64,000 nt of DNA from an uncultured Fibrobacterota bacterium. Its GTDB lineage: Bacteria > Fibrobacterota > Chitinivibrionia > Chitinivibrionales > FEN-1185. The position numbers and the translations under genes are program-made. Under the pieces are notes generated by a model. The model had not been told where the DNA came from and made no database searches. It worked only from the letters and a program-made list of their open reading frames with translations. Shown piece by piece: positions 39,926 to 49,654 of the stretch (position 1 is its first letter; each line of letters opens with the position of its first letter). The DNA is taken from NCBI GenBank assembly GCA_963729895.1, contig CAVSQB010000005.1, positions 288,001 to 352,000 of the forward strand. Reading direction: 5' to 3'.

Positions 39926-42055
39926 ATGAGTTATCAGAAAGTCGATGCAATCATCGGCGGAGTAAACGTTTCCATCGAGACCGGCCGTTTTGCAAAACAG
40001 GCCGGCGGCGCCGCAATGGCCAGGATAGGCGACACCATGGTGCTGTCAACCGCCTGCGCGGGCAACGAGCTCGCGAATTCCGATTTTTTTCCCCTCACCG
40101 TTGAGTACATTGCGAAAACGTACGCGGCCGGGAAGATCCCCGGCGGGTACTTCAAGCGCGAAGGAAAGCCGACCGAAAAAGAAGTGCTGAGCGCGCGGCT
40201 CATCGACCGTCCCATCCGCCCGCTCTTCCCCAAGACCTACAAGAACGAATTGCAGATCATCAACCTCGTGATATCGGCCGACGAAACCTACGACGCCGAC
40301 GTCATGGCGATCACCGCAGCCTCGTGCGCGCTGTGCCTGTCCGACATACCGTTCCTCATGCCCATCGCGGCCGTCCGCGTGGGCCTCATCGACGGCGCGC
40401 TCAAGGTGTTTCCCACGCTTGCCGAATCGGAAACCGGCTCGCTGTCGCTCATTGTGGCCGGTTCCGAGGATTCCATCGTGATGGTCGAAGGGCACGGCTC
40501 CGAGGTGAAGGAAACCGTCATCGTCGACGCCATCACGCTTGCGCATGTCGAAATAAAGAAGCTTGTGGCGATGCAAAAGGAGCTTGTGGCAAAGGCAGGC
40601 GTCACGCGCGTGCCCTACGTTGCACCCGAAGCCGCCGACGAATCCGCGATCCGCGCCGACGTGTGGGAACTTGTCAAGGACCGCTTTCACGGCATCAGCT
40701 TCAACGGAGACAAGAAGACGCGCTACAAGGGCATCAAGCTGCTTCTCGCCGAGGTGCAGGAGAAGCTCAAGGAGAAATACCCGGAAAAAGAAAAAGTGAT
40801 GGCGGAGGCCCTGCACGACATCGAAAAAGAGGACCTGCGCAAAACCATCCTGGATACGGGCAAGCGCATCGGCGGACGGGACTGCGACACGGTCCGCGAC
40901 ATCACGGTGGAGCTCGACATCCTGCCGCGCGCCCACGGCGCGGCCCTGTTCACGCGAGGAGAGACGCAGTCGCTTGTGTCAACAACGCTCGGCACCAAGC
41001 TCGACCAGCAGCACATCGAAGACATCCAGGGCGAGTATGAAAAATCGTACATGCTGCACTACAATTTCCCGCCGTTCTCCGTGGGCGAGGTAAAGCGCCT
41101 CGGCTCGGTGAGCAGGCGTGAAGTGGGGCACGGCCATCTGGCCGAAGTGTCCCTGGCGCCCATCCTTCCTGATGAAAAGAGTTTCCCGTACACGATCCGC
41201 ATCGTGTCCGAAATTCTGGAATCCAACGGATCGTCCTCCATGGCAACCGTGTGCGGCGGCTCGCTGTCGCTCATGGCGGCAGGCGTGCCGGTCAAGACGC
41301 ACGTGGCGGGCGTTGCCATGGGACTCGTCATGGACGGTTCGCGCCATGCGATCCTCACCGACATCCTGGGCACCGAAGACCATGTGGGCGACATGGACTT
41401 CAAAGTGGCGGGCACGCGGGACGGCGTCACCGCCATCCAGATGGACATCAAGATCGCGGGCGTGACGCCCGAGCTCCTGCGCGAGGCGCTCGCCAAGGCC
41501 AACAGCGCCCGGCTGCACATTCTGGGCATCATGGAGAAGGCGATCCCTGCGCCGCGCAAGGAAATGTCCGAATACGCTCCGCGCATCACCACCATCATGA
41601 TCGACAAAGACAAAATCCGCGAGATCATCGGCCCCGGCGGCAAAGTGGTCCGCGACATCCAGGAAACCACGGGCACCACCATCTTCATCGAAGACGACGG
41701 AAGCGTCCAGGTGGCGGCCGCCAACAAGCAGCAGCGCGATGCGGCGCTTGCCAGGATCAGGGGTATCGTCGCCGAGCCCGAGCTCGGCGCCATCTACGAC
41801 GCAAAAGTCAAGTCCATCGTGGATTTCGGCGCGTTCGTGGAGTATTTGCCGGGCAAGGAAGGCCTGGTGCATATTTCGGAGCTCGACACCAAGCGCGTAG
41901 CGCGCACCGAAGACGTTGTCCAGATGGGCGAAATCATACGCGTCAAGCTCATCGGATTCGACCGTTTCGGAAAAGTGAAGCTTTCCAAAAAAGCGCTTCT
42001 CAGCGCGCAACAGCCGCCGGCTCCAAGTCCGGCGCCTGTGCCTCCGCAACAGTAG
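39926..42055 (+). CDS. pnp: Polyribonucleotide nucleotidyltransferase
   Basis: FFPLTV, RLIDRPIRP, RREVGHG, ESNGSSSMA, DMDFKVAG, KH and S1 domains. Confidence 0.97.
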   Translation: MSYQKVDAIIGGVNVSIETGRFAKQAGGAAMARIGDTMVLSTACAGNELANSDFFPLTVEYIAKTYAAGKIPGGYFKREGKPTEKEVLSARLIDRPIRPLFPKTYKNELQIINLVISADETYDADVMAITAASCALCLSDIPFLMPIAAVRVGLIDGALKVFPTLAESETGSLSLIVAGSEDSIVMVEGHGSEVKETVIVDAITLAHVEIKKLVAMQKELVAKAGVTRVPYVAPEAADESAIRADVWELVKDRFHGISFNGDKKTRYKGIKLLLAEVQEKLKEKYPEKEKVMAEALHDIEKEDLRKTILDTGKRIGGRDCDTVRDITVELDILPRAHGAALFTRGETQSLVSTTLGTKLDQQHIEDIQGEYEKSYMLHYNFPPFSVGEVKRLGSVSRREVGHGHLAEVSLAPILPDEKSFPYTIRIVSEILESNGSSSMATVCGGSLSLMAAGVPVKTHVAGVAMGLVMDGSRHAILTDILGTEDHVGDMDFKVAGTRDGVTAIQMDIKIAGVTPELLREALAKANSARLHILGIMEKAIPAPRKEMSEYAPRITTIMIDKDKIREIIGPGGKVVRDIQETTGTTIFIEDDGSVQVAAANKQQRDAALARIRGIVAEPELGAIYDAKVKSIVDFGAFVEYLPGKEGLVHISELDTKRVARTEDVVQMGEIIRVKLIGFDRFGKVKLSKKALLSAQQPPAPSPAPVPPQQ

Positions 42056-42079
42056 CCGCTCACGGTTCGCTGCAATTAC

Positions 42080-42109
42080 AAAGGACGCTTTTTGTTAGGC
42101 GTCCTTTTT
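42080..42109 (+). terminator. Intrinsic terminator after pnp
   Basis: AAAGGACGC...GCGTCCTTT stem with T-run. Confidence 0.7.
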
Positions 42110-42217
42110 AATTTCAAGTATTCATTATTCGCGTTATGGCAGAAAATTGACTTTTTTTCGCTCACATCGTAATTTGCTCATGCTTCCTCGCTCAAATCGA
42201 CCTGAAAGGGAATTTTC

Positions 42218-42679
42218 TTGCCTAAAAAAGCTTCTCCCAGAATTATCGTCCAGCGCCTTCCGCACGGTGAGGGCCTTCCTTTGCCCGTTCGCATGACAAA
42301 AGGCTCCAGCGGCTGCGACGTGTGCGCGGCTGTCGCTGCGGACGTCGAGTTGCAGCCGTCAAGCCGGGCCCTTGTCCCCACCGGGCTGTGTTTCCAAATC
42401 CCGCAGGGGTACGAAGTACAGGTCCGTTCGCGCTCCGGCCTCGCGATCAAGCACGGCGTGTTCGTGCTCAATTCGCCCGGGACTATCGATTCCGATTACC
42501 GCGGAGAGGTCAAAGTCATCCTTGCCAATGCGGGCAGCGCGCCGTTCACCATCAAACGCGGTGACCGCATTGCCCAGCTCGTGGTTGCTCCCCTGGCGGC
42601 CAATGTTGACTTTACGGAAAGCGGCGCGATCTCGGAGACGGGCAGGGGAGCGGGCGGGTTCGGGCATACCGGGATATAA
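42218..42679 (+). CDS. dut: dUTP diphosphatase
   Basis: [33 protein letters not shown]. Confidence 0.95.
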   Translation: MPKKASPRIIVQRLPHGEGLPLPVRMTKGSSGCDVCAAVAADVELQPSSRALVPTGLCFQIPQGYEVQVRSRSGLAIKHGVFVLNSPGTIDSDYRGEVKVILANAGSAPFTIKRGDRIAQLVVAPLAANVDFTESGAISETGRGAGGFGHTGI

Positions 42680-42703
42680 GAGAAGCAGTAATCAAAGGCC
42701 TTT

Positions 42704-43193
42704 GGATGGCTGAGCCAGAAATCATGGTGAACTGGTGCCATTTGATAGCCGTGCCGGGTGGCCCCCCAACGGGTTCATCTGCGAGAATCCAATGCGGTCA
42801 ATGGTTAAGTTCGTGAAAGAAAATCAAAAAATGCTTCCGGTTGGCTGAGCCGGATGACTCCATGGTTGAAGCAAATGGGTCAAGACTTGGGCGCCCCGTC
42901 CCCATCGGGACGGCGGCTTCCTTGCGAGCTCGGCCGTTCGGCCTCGGTGCTTCCTGTCCCTGCCGCTTTCGGCTAGGGATCAGGCAGCACCGCGCTCCAG
43001 CGCGCTTTCCAGTCCGGCCTAGCTCTTGTCAGAGGGTGAATTCCACAATTGTCAAGATCGATCGAATTGAATGGTTGAAAAGGTCAGAAATTGGTTCGGT
43101 TGAGAATTCTGTAACCGGGAGTTTCTACGGTGCGCGCAGCGGGTGGTTCGGGCTTGCCACGGGCACGTCCACGCCGCACCGGCTCGGCAAACC
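42704..43193 (-). repeat. Modular repeat cluster 11 (reverse orientation; M4 inverted relative to clusters 2, 5 and 7)
   Basis: R units at 42704, ~42743 and 42839; TCGGCCGTTCGGCCTCGGT...CCACAATTGTCAA; M1 at 43128-43181. Confidence 0.85.
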
Positions 43194-43314
43194 AAAATCG
43201 CATCAGCTCTGGTTCGCCGCACACGCTCGGCGAGGTATAATAGTCATTTATTCATTGACTATTGAAAACTCTTCTCCGTCATTTGAAACGCCGGAATCGT
43301 TAATCGGTTATCTT

Positions 43315-46300
43315 CTACTGAACCGTGACGGAAAAAGCCTTGTTCGCAACCGTTTGATTTCCAGCCTTGTCAACCGCGGTCACGTTCCATGTATGCGCGC
43401 CCGCGGAAAGCGATGCGTCGGAATACGCCGCAAAAGGCATTCCGTACACGCTGAATTCGTACAACGAATTGCCCCAGCCCGTGGCGCGTTTGATGCAGAA
43501 GAGACGGATATATCTGCCGATGGCGTTGAGACCCTTGATGGATTCCGTGTTGCCTTTGCCGGCTGCGGTCTGGTAAACGGCCTTTCCCGTCCAGTTCGTC
43601 GTGTCGCTTGCCACATCTATCTCATACGATGTTGCATAGGCCGCCTCCCACAGGATCGTCACGGAATCTATCTGCGAAGGCGTGCCAAGGTCTACAAGTA
43701 GCCACTGGCTGTCGGCCCACGCGCTTTCCCATCGGGTCGCAGCGTTGCCGTCAACGGCGTTTTGCGCCACGTTGCCCTCCAGGACCGACGATGCGCTGGC
43801 GGTCTTGCCGAGCGCAATGTTCCCGTACGACATGGTGGCGCTGTACGCCACAGTGGCCAGCTTTGTGCCGTCCAGGGAAAATTCGTAATGGTCCATGCCG
43901 ATGCAGTTGTCCGTTGCGTTCTGCCAGCAAAACATGACCGCCGGCCCGGTAACGGCAGCATTGTTAGCCGGCGTCACGAGTGAAAATGCGGACGGAGGAG
44001 TTGTGTCGGAATACACAAAGGTCTGCGTAGCCGACGGGGTGCTCAGGTTCACCCAGTTGACCGCCGAGATATACCATTGGAAAGAACCCGGCGTGACCGT
44101 GGTGAAGGCAAAGGACGTATCCGTTGTGGACGCGACTTTACTGTTGTTGATGAACACATCATACCGCTGGATGCCTGATTCCGGGTCCGAGCTTTTCTTC
44201 CACACCAGCACAGGCGCGGCGCACTGGAGGGTCTGTCCGTTTGCGGGTGAAACGAGGCTGAATGCAAGCGGCGGGGTCGAATCGTTGAACCCCTGGTCAA
44301 CGGCGCCGATAAGAACGCCTGTTGAATCGACCGTGCCGGTCCAATTTATCTTGATCCGGTGGTCGAACGTGCCGCTTCCGATGCGGGAAAACGTCGTGGC
44401 AGCGCCATTGACCGTGACGGCAACGGTGGTGGCAGGCAGGAACCTGTCCGAAATATAAATCGACGAGACTTTTTGCGGTTTGTCAAAACGAACCGTTATT
44501 GCCTGGTTCTGGTACATGCTCCCGCTTTCGGTATAGGAAATCGTTCCGTAATTTCCGGGCATGCAGAACAGCGCGTTTTTAAGCTGGTGATTCATCGAGA
44601 CATCCCACTGGTCGGTCGTGGACGGCAGTTTGGGTTCGACATAGAGTTCGTTTGTGTACGCATTGTACCAGAAGCCGATAAGGGAATAATAATTTCGCCA
44701 TACCACCGGCAAGCTGACGTAAAAACTGTTACCGCTCCAGTTGGTGGAAGTGAAATTGACGCCGAGCCCGTTGTCAACCAGGTAAATGTCGCCGTCGAAC
44801 ACCCTGTTGCGGTTCTCGAAATACCTGTTGTAAAAATCCTTTTGTATGGCCCGCCATTCTGCAACATGGTTGGTGTTTAGGAATGCGGCGCCGAGATGGC
44901 CTATCACGTACGGCACCCAACCTTCGTTTTGGCCGTCATTTCCCGAGGCCGCCATGCCCAGATTAAGCGGGTGCCAGAATCCGTTGATCAGATAGGATAA
45001 GGTGGTGTCGATATCGGCATCGGCAAACATCTGGTCCTTGTGAAAGTACAGAGACATCGCCAACCCGGCAAACGGCGTCTCCTGGTTTGCGGTCATGCTG
45101 GTTGCCGGATTGGCAAGATACCGCTTCTTAAAGGAGGCGATTCCCGTGGTATATGCCGTTGTAAAGCTGTCCTGCATCCCGGCATCGCCGTAAATTCCGG
45201 CCATTTCCGCAATAATCTTGAATGCCGTAAGGGCGAGTCCAGAATTGTACAGGTCGTGGTCTTCCGGGCCCTTGTCATAGGTTGCCCCGCTCCCCTGAAA
45301 GGTGAAAGGATACGTTGCGTTCCCGTTGTCGACGGTTGCCAATCTGTACAGCCGTTGCGCGGTTCGAACAAAATACGGCCAGTAGGTGTCCATCCGCGTC
45401 TTGTCGCCGGTGGCGACAAACGATTCGTACACACCGAAAAGGAATCCGCAATCGAGGTCGGCCCAGTTGGGGCCGCCCCAGCCATGATACCCGGGCGCAC
45501 CCCACTGGCAGGTCTTATGGTCGGTCACCTGTCCCGCGGCAGGAGTAAAATCGTGCGAAATCTGGCCGTCATCATCGCCGCCGGCCATTTCGGTGCTCCC
45601 CCAGAATTCCATTTCGGAAGCCTTGGGCCAGGAAAACATCGGGCCGTTGATACGCCAGATCTCGGAACCGAACGCATGCCATCCCTGGTCCATCTGGCCG
45701 AACCAAGTGTACATGCCTTCCCATTCGCTGTAACGGCCGTCTTTCGTGTAGATGCTGCTGTTTGTCCAGGTAGTCTGATCCAGTGTGGTGTTCACGATCC
45801 AGTCTGGAACATTGGAAGAGCGGAAGCGCTCCACGAATTGCGTGGCGTTCGATTCCATGACCGCGAAACTGTCAAGACCGCTCTGGGCAAAGAATTGCGC
45901 ACTGGCCCCGAGATTTTCATAATAGTACCCGGTGGGATCGTTGGACTGGTACCACGAAAGGATGAATTCGACGTCCTTTTTCTCGCCGGGGCCAAGCGTG
46001 ACTTTCGACGCGACCATGTTGACAGTACCGGACAGCGTATTGTTGAGAGCGCCGGAGGCGAGAAAACCTGCGTCGTTTCCCACGGTAACGACCGCCGCAG
46101 GATCACTGCTCTTGACAAAGACCGCCATTGACGGGGCCCCGCCCTCTGCGACAAAGCCTTTCCCGGAAACGAGCGCCGGTGTCTGCCCTGTTGAAATCTG
46201 GAATGCGCAGGCCGCGTCCACGGAGTCGTTATTCATGTTGCGTAACGTCATGTGGTAAAACGCAACGGGCCATGTCATTGTCGCCTGGTCCGAAAGGTTA

Positions 46301-47547
46301 AACGGTGCGAATGCGGTGAGCGTTGCCGACACGTTGTTTGTCTGACCAAAATTTGCATATTCGACAGGGAAGATGGCGTCATCGTCATAACGGCTATTCG
46401 CATTATACGTACGCTTTGCCGCGCTCATTGTGGCTTGAGTCACTACCGAGGCTCCGTTCTTAGTGTACAGAGAAAATTTCCAATTCGGTTGCTGAACATA
46501 ATCCACCTGGCCCGCCGGAGTCTGGGACTGAAACGCAAATTGGCCGTTCCACGGACAAAATTTCACCGCACCCGTGCCTGCGCCGCCCAGAGGCGCTCCG
46601 GTGGTGCCGTCTATGGCCTCCGCAATGGCAAAGCTTCCGGAGCTGCTTGACTTGTCGCCTGTAGTGGAATGGGCTACAACATTCCATGTATGCGAAGTAC
46701 CAAGGGGCGCTGCGGCAAAGTTCGTGACAACGACTTCGCCGCGGGTAACACTCGCTGGGATGCTGTCGGCCACTTTGTTTCCGTCAACTACTATGGCATA
46801 ACCCGTTGCGCCGGCCATCGCGTTCCACTCAAAGATTATCGTGCCGCCGGGAGACTTGAAAACACGCGCCCCGTCCGCGGGATAGGTTATGCCAAAGGGA
46901 GCTTTTTGCAGGACAAAATTATAGGTGCCGGAATACGAGCTTATCGGACTTAGGCCTTCCGCGTACCCTGATGCGGTCGCGATAAGGGTATCCGCCACTG
47001 CTGCGCGCTTTGCGGACGCGGATGCCGCGGAATAGCCGTGAACGCACACGAGCCCGCCCTGCATGCCTGGATATTTATTGACATAGCTCAGGGTGTGGGT
47101 GGTGGTGACGGCGCCGATTCGCGCCCTTACAACATACATTTTTGCCGGGAGATTCTGGTTCACAAGCGGCAGCCGGTATTCACCCGGCGCGAGCAGCGTA
47201 TTGACAAGATCGACAACCAGCCTGCCCGTCAGGTCGTACAGTTGTATGCGGACCGGCTGCGCTTTTGCAACGGCAAACGAAAGAGACAGCCCGTGGATGA
47301 CCGGCGCGGCGGCAAATGACGGCGTGAGCAATGCATGGAGGTTCTGCGTAGAAACGAGGCTGTAGGTGCCGCTCGTGTCCGTTGTGGTCGTGATACCGGC
47401 TGCCACAAGACGCACCGTTGCGCCGGCGATGGCGTTGCCGCCGGCATCTTTGACGGTTCCCGTGATGGAAATCGCCTGGGCCTGAGAAAAGGAAACCAAG
47501 CCTGCCATCAGGACACAGAGGACGCATAAACCATGCTTTTTGTTCAT
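43315..47547 (-). CDS. Large secreted GH116-like glycosidase with Ig-like modules and C-terminal F5/8 (CBM32-like) domain
   Basis: Signal peptide from ATG 47547; GAPLGGAGTG (GH116 N-terminal motif); NAVDGN.ATRWES, WL.VDLG, GRYIRL, SLYEF (discoidin). Confidence 0.72.
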   Translation of the reverse strand: MNKKHGLCVLCVLMAGLVSFSQAQAISITGTVKDAGGNAIAGATVRLVAAGITTTTDTSGTYSLVSTQNLHALLTPSFAAAPVIHGLSLSFAVAKAQPVRIQLYDLTGRLVVDLVNTLLAPGEYRLPLVNQNLPAKMYVVRARIGAVTTTHTLSYVNKYPGMQGGLVCVHGYSAASASAKRAAVADTLIATASGYAEGLSPISSYSGTYNFVLQKAPFGITYPADGARVFKSPGGTIIFEWNAMAGATGYAIVVDGNKVADSIPASVTRGEVVVTNFAAAPLGTSHTWNVVAHSTTGDKSSSSGSFAIAEAIDGTTGAPLGGAGTGAVKFCPWNGQFAFQSQTPAGQVDYVQQPNWKFSLYTKNGASVVTQATMSAAKRTYNANSRYDDDAIFPVEYANFGQTNNVSATLTAFAPFNLSDQATMTWPVAFYHMTLRNMNNDSVDAACAFQISTGQTPALVSGKGFVAEGGAPSMAVFVKSSDPAAVVTVGNDAGFLASGALNNTLSGTVNMVASKVTLGPGEKKDVEFILSWYQSNDPTGYYYENLGASAQFFAQSGLDSFAVMESNATQFVERFRSSNVPDWIVNTTLDQTTWTNSSIYTKDGRYSEWEGMYTWFGQMDQGWHAFGSEIWRINGPMFSWPKASEMEFWGSTEMAGGDDDGQISHDFTPAAGQVTDHKTCQWGAPGYHGWGGPNWADLDCGFLFGVYESFVATGDKTRMDTYWPYFVRTAQRLYRLATVDNGNATYPFTFQGSGATYDKGPEDHDLYNSGLALTAFKIIAEMAGIYGDAGMQDSFTTAYTTGIASFKKRYLANPATSMTANQETPFAGLAMSLYFHKDQMFADADIDTTLSYLINGFWHPLNLGMAASGNDGQNEGWVPYVIGHLGAAFLNTNHVAEWRAIQKDFYNRYFENRNRVFDGDIYLVDNGLGVNFTSTNWSGNSFYVSLPVVWRNYYSLIGFWYNAYTNELYVEPKLPSTTDQWDVSMNHQLKNALFCMPGNYGTISYTESGSMYQNQAITVRFDKPQKVSSIYISDRFLPATTVAVTVNGAATTFSRIGSGTFDHRIKINWTGTVDSTGVLIGAVDQGFNDSTPPLAFSLVSPANGQTLQCAAPVLVWKKSSDPESGIQRYDVFINNSKVASTTDTSFAFTTVTPGSFQWYISAVNWVNLSTPSATQTFVYSDTTPPSAFSLVTPANNAAVTGPAVMFCWQNATDNCIGMDHYEFSLDGTKLATVAYSATMSYGNIALGKTASASSVLEGNVAQNAVDGNAATRWESAWADSQWLLVDLGTPSQIDSVTILWEAAYATSYEIDVASDTTNWTGKAVYQTAAGKGNTESIKGLNAIGRYIRLFCIKRATGWGNSLYEFSVYGMPFAAYSDASLSAGAHTWNVTAVDKAGNQTVANKAFSVTVQ

Positions 47548-47653
47548 TGCATTACCCCTTTTGGCAAATTTAGGCAGATTCGGGTGCACTTGATTATACC
47601 CCTAAAAGTCATTCTAGTCAACCATCGTTATCGACACGAATAGCGGGATTTTG

Positions 47654-49138
47654 CTAATGCGGTAAAGGACGTTTCCAATCGGTCGAGTTTTCGGCTTTGG
47701 ACCGTATCGCAACGCTCAATTCGCGCGGAGTTAACCGTATGCGGCTAGTCACCAGCTCAGGCAGGTTATACGATTTCATAAACGTCAAATAAAACTCCGG
47801 ATCTTTTTGCGGGAGCACGAACGGTTTGTGCGCCGTGCCCTGCTCGTCGAAATAGGCGATATACGGACGGGTAAACCGGCCGTCGGTCCGGCGGCTTGAA
47901 AAAACGATCCACCGGCCGTTCGACGACCAGGAATGGTAGCTCTCAGATTGCGGGCTGTTTATATCGGGCTTTAACAATTGTCCGGTGGTGATGTTCACGA
48001 GATATAAATCGCTTTCCCGGTGCCAAATGGTGAAATTGCCATACTTAGACATGCAGATGAGCGCGAATCTGCCGTCGGGCGAGATCCGCGGAAACGATAC
48101 GCTCATTCCGGTTTTTTCCGACGAGACCACCGTATCGACGGCGCCGAATTCCTGTTTGTCGGGATCAAATGCGATGCTGAGCAGATCATACCGGATCTTA
48201 TCGTATTCGTCCGGAGATACGACCGGGGCGCTGCAATAGTAAAGCCGGCGTCCGTCCGGAGCCCAGCAGGGAAACGTCTCAAGCCGGTCGCCCGACGACA
48301 GAGCCGAACACGAGCTCACCCTGTCCGTTTCGACGTTATAAAGGACCACGTCCGAAAGGGTATCCTGGACCTCTATGGTCTTTTCGGGAATACTGTGAAA
48401 CCGCTGGACTATTTTGTTTACAGAAAATGCGACATATTTTCCACCCGGATGCCAGGCAGGATACACGACAGGTCCCATGGCCCCAGCGGCAACGTTGACC
48501 TTTGTCAGTTTCCCGTTCCGGTATATCACAGTGCCTGCAAACTGCCCCCGCAAATGAAACAACATGGTCGAGGGGTCGTTTTGGCGGAACGAATGGCAGT
48601 TCATGCAGTTCTTGCCGGACAGTTCGTTCAATGCGATTGGAACTTCTTCAAAGGTTTCCAGGTTGCGCTGATAGATGCCCATGGTATTCCATCGAACGAA
48701 TCCCGGCTCAATGAGACGATAGACGAGATACGGATCAATGGTCTCGGCGGCGATACGGACCATTAGGCTGCGATACCGGCCCCAGAGCCCTTGCTGCTTT
48801 GTCGATATGTCGATGGAAAGATCGCTCCCCCGGTTTTCCGACACCAACGTTTTCCATTTTCCCAACGGAATCCGTACGACGCCGTTTCTTGACAAAACGG
48901 ACACGGCTTTTCCACGCGGCCCATGGATTTTTACGACATAGGCGTCCGCCTTTTCCAGAACGGAAAAATTGAGCGGCGCGATGTTCGGCGGAATGGTGAC
49001 GCCCGCATAGTCGGGAGAAATTTCCGGTTCGCGATCGGTACGAATGGCGGAGATTTCCTTATCAGAACACCCCGACAGAAACAGCAACGCGACGATTACC
49101 GTGCAGGCCGACAATCCACGCAACAGGAAATACGGCAT
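47654..49138 (-). CDS. Lipoprotein with TolB/PD40 beta-propeller repeats
   Basis: Lipobox LSGC; IPPNIAPLNF, CMNCH, YPAWHPGG, FPCWAPDG, FPRISPDG, WSSNGRWIVFSSRR. Confidence 0.8.
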   Translation of the reverse strand: MPYFLLRGLSACTVIVALLFLSGCSDKEISAIRTDREPEISPDYAGVTIPPNIAPLNFSVLEKADAYVVKIHGPRGKAVSVLSRNGVVRIPLGKWKTLVSENRGSDLSIDISTKQQGLWGRYRSLMVRIAAETIDPYLVYRLIEPGFVRWNTMGIYQRNLETFEEVPIALNELSGKNCMNCHSFRQNDPSTMLFHLRGQFAGTVIYRNGKLTKVNVAAGAMGPVVYPAWHPGGKYVAFSVNKIVQRFHSIPEKTIEVQDTLSDVVLYNVETDRVSSCSALSSGDRLETFPCWAPDGRRLYYCSAPVVSPDEYDKIRYDLLSIAFDPDKQEFGAVDTVVSSEKTGMSVSFPRISPDGRFALICMSKYGNFTIWHRESDLYLVNITTGQLLKPDINSPQSESYHSWSSNGRWIVFSSRRTDGRFTRPYIAYFDEQGTAHKPFVLPQKDPEFYLTFMKSYNLPELVTSRIRLTPRELSVAIRSKAENSTDWKRPLPH

Positions 49139-49653
49139 TATGATATCCTGCTTCCGAAATACAGATAATACCAGTATGTTGCGCCGAATTCGGCGGCCAT
49201 AGACGAGGCTCCTTTGTCGTTGTCGTGTTTATGCAACGACATGCCTCGTACGAAATCCTTGAATCGCCGGTTCACCTCATCACCGATGGCGAACCCATCG
49301 GCTCCGGCGCCGCCGTGTGCATAACGGTACATGAGCACCGCTTCTTGATAATGAATGGGAAGTATGGCGGTTTTTGTTTCCGCACAAAGACCAAGTTTGG
49401 TCAAAAAGGCATCGATGTTTTTGTCAAGCAGCACATACGCCAGGTAATAATCGAGCGCGGCCTTGTTGTCCGGATGATCTTGCAACAGCTTGTCCAGGTG
49501 CTTCACGGTAAGGTTGTCTTCCAGCCAGAAGTCGGAAACAACCGCAAACCGCCGTTTTTCAGCTAGTTCATTGTCCGGAAAAGGCTCCTGTTTGTTATCA
49601 AGGAATGCGCCATACCGGCTAGCCCACGTCCGGTAGAGAAGCGTTTTACCCAA
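49138..49653 (-). pseudogene. 3' fragment of a larger gene (DUF6057-like), cut at the IS1182 junction
   Basis: HPDNKAALDYYLAYVLL, P.HYQEA, TYWYY; stop overlaps the next ATG; frame closes within ~55 nt beyond the far side of the IS. Confidence 0.55.
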
Positions 49654-49654
49654 C

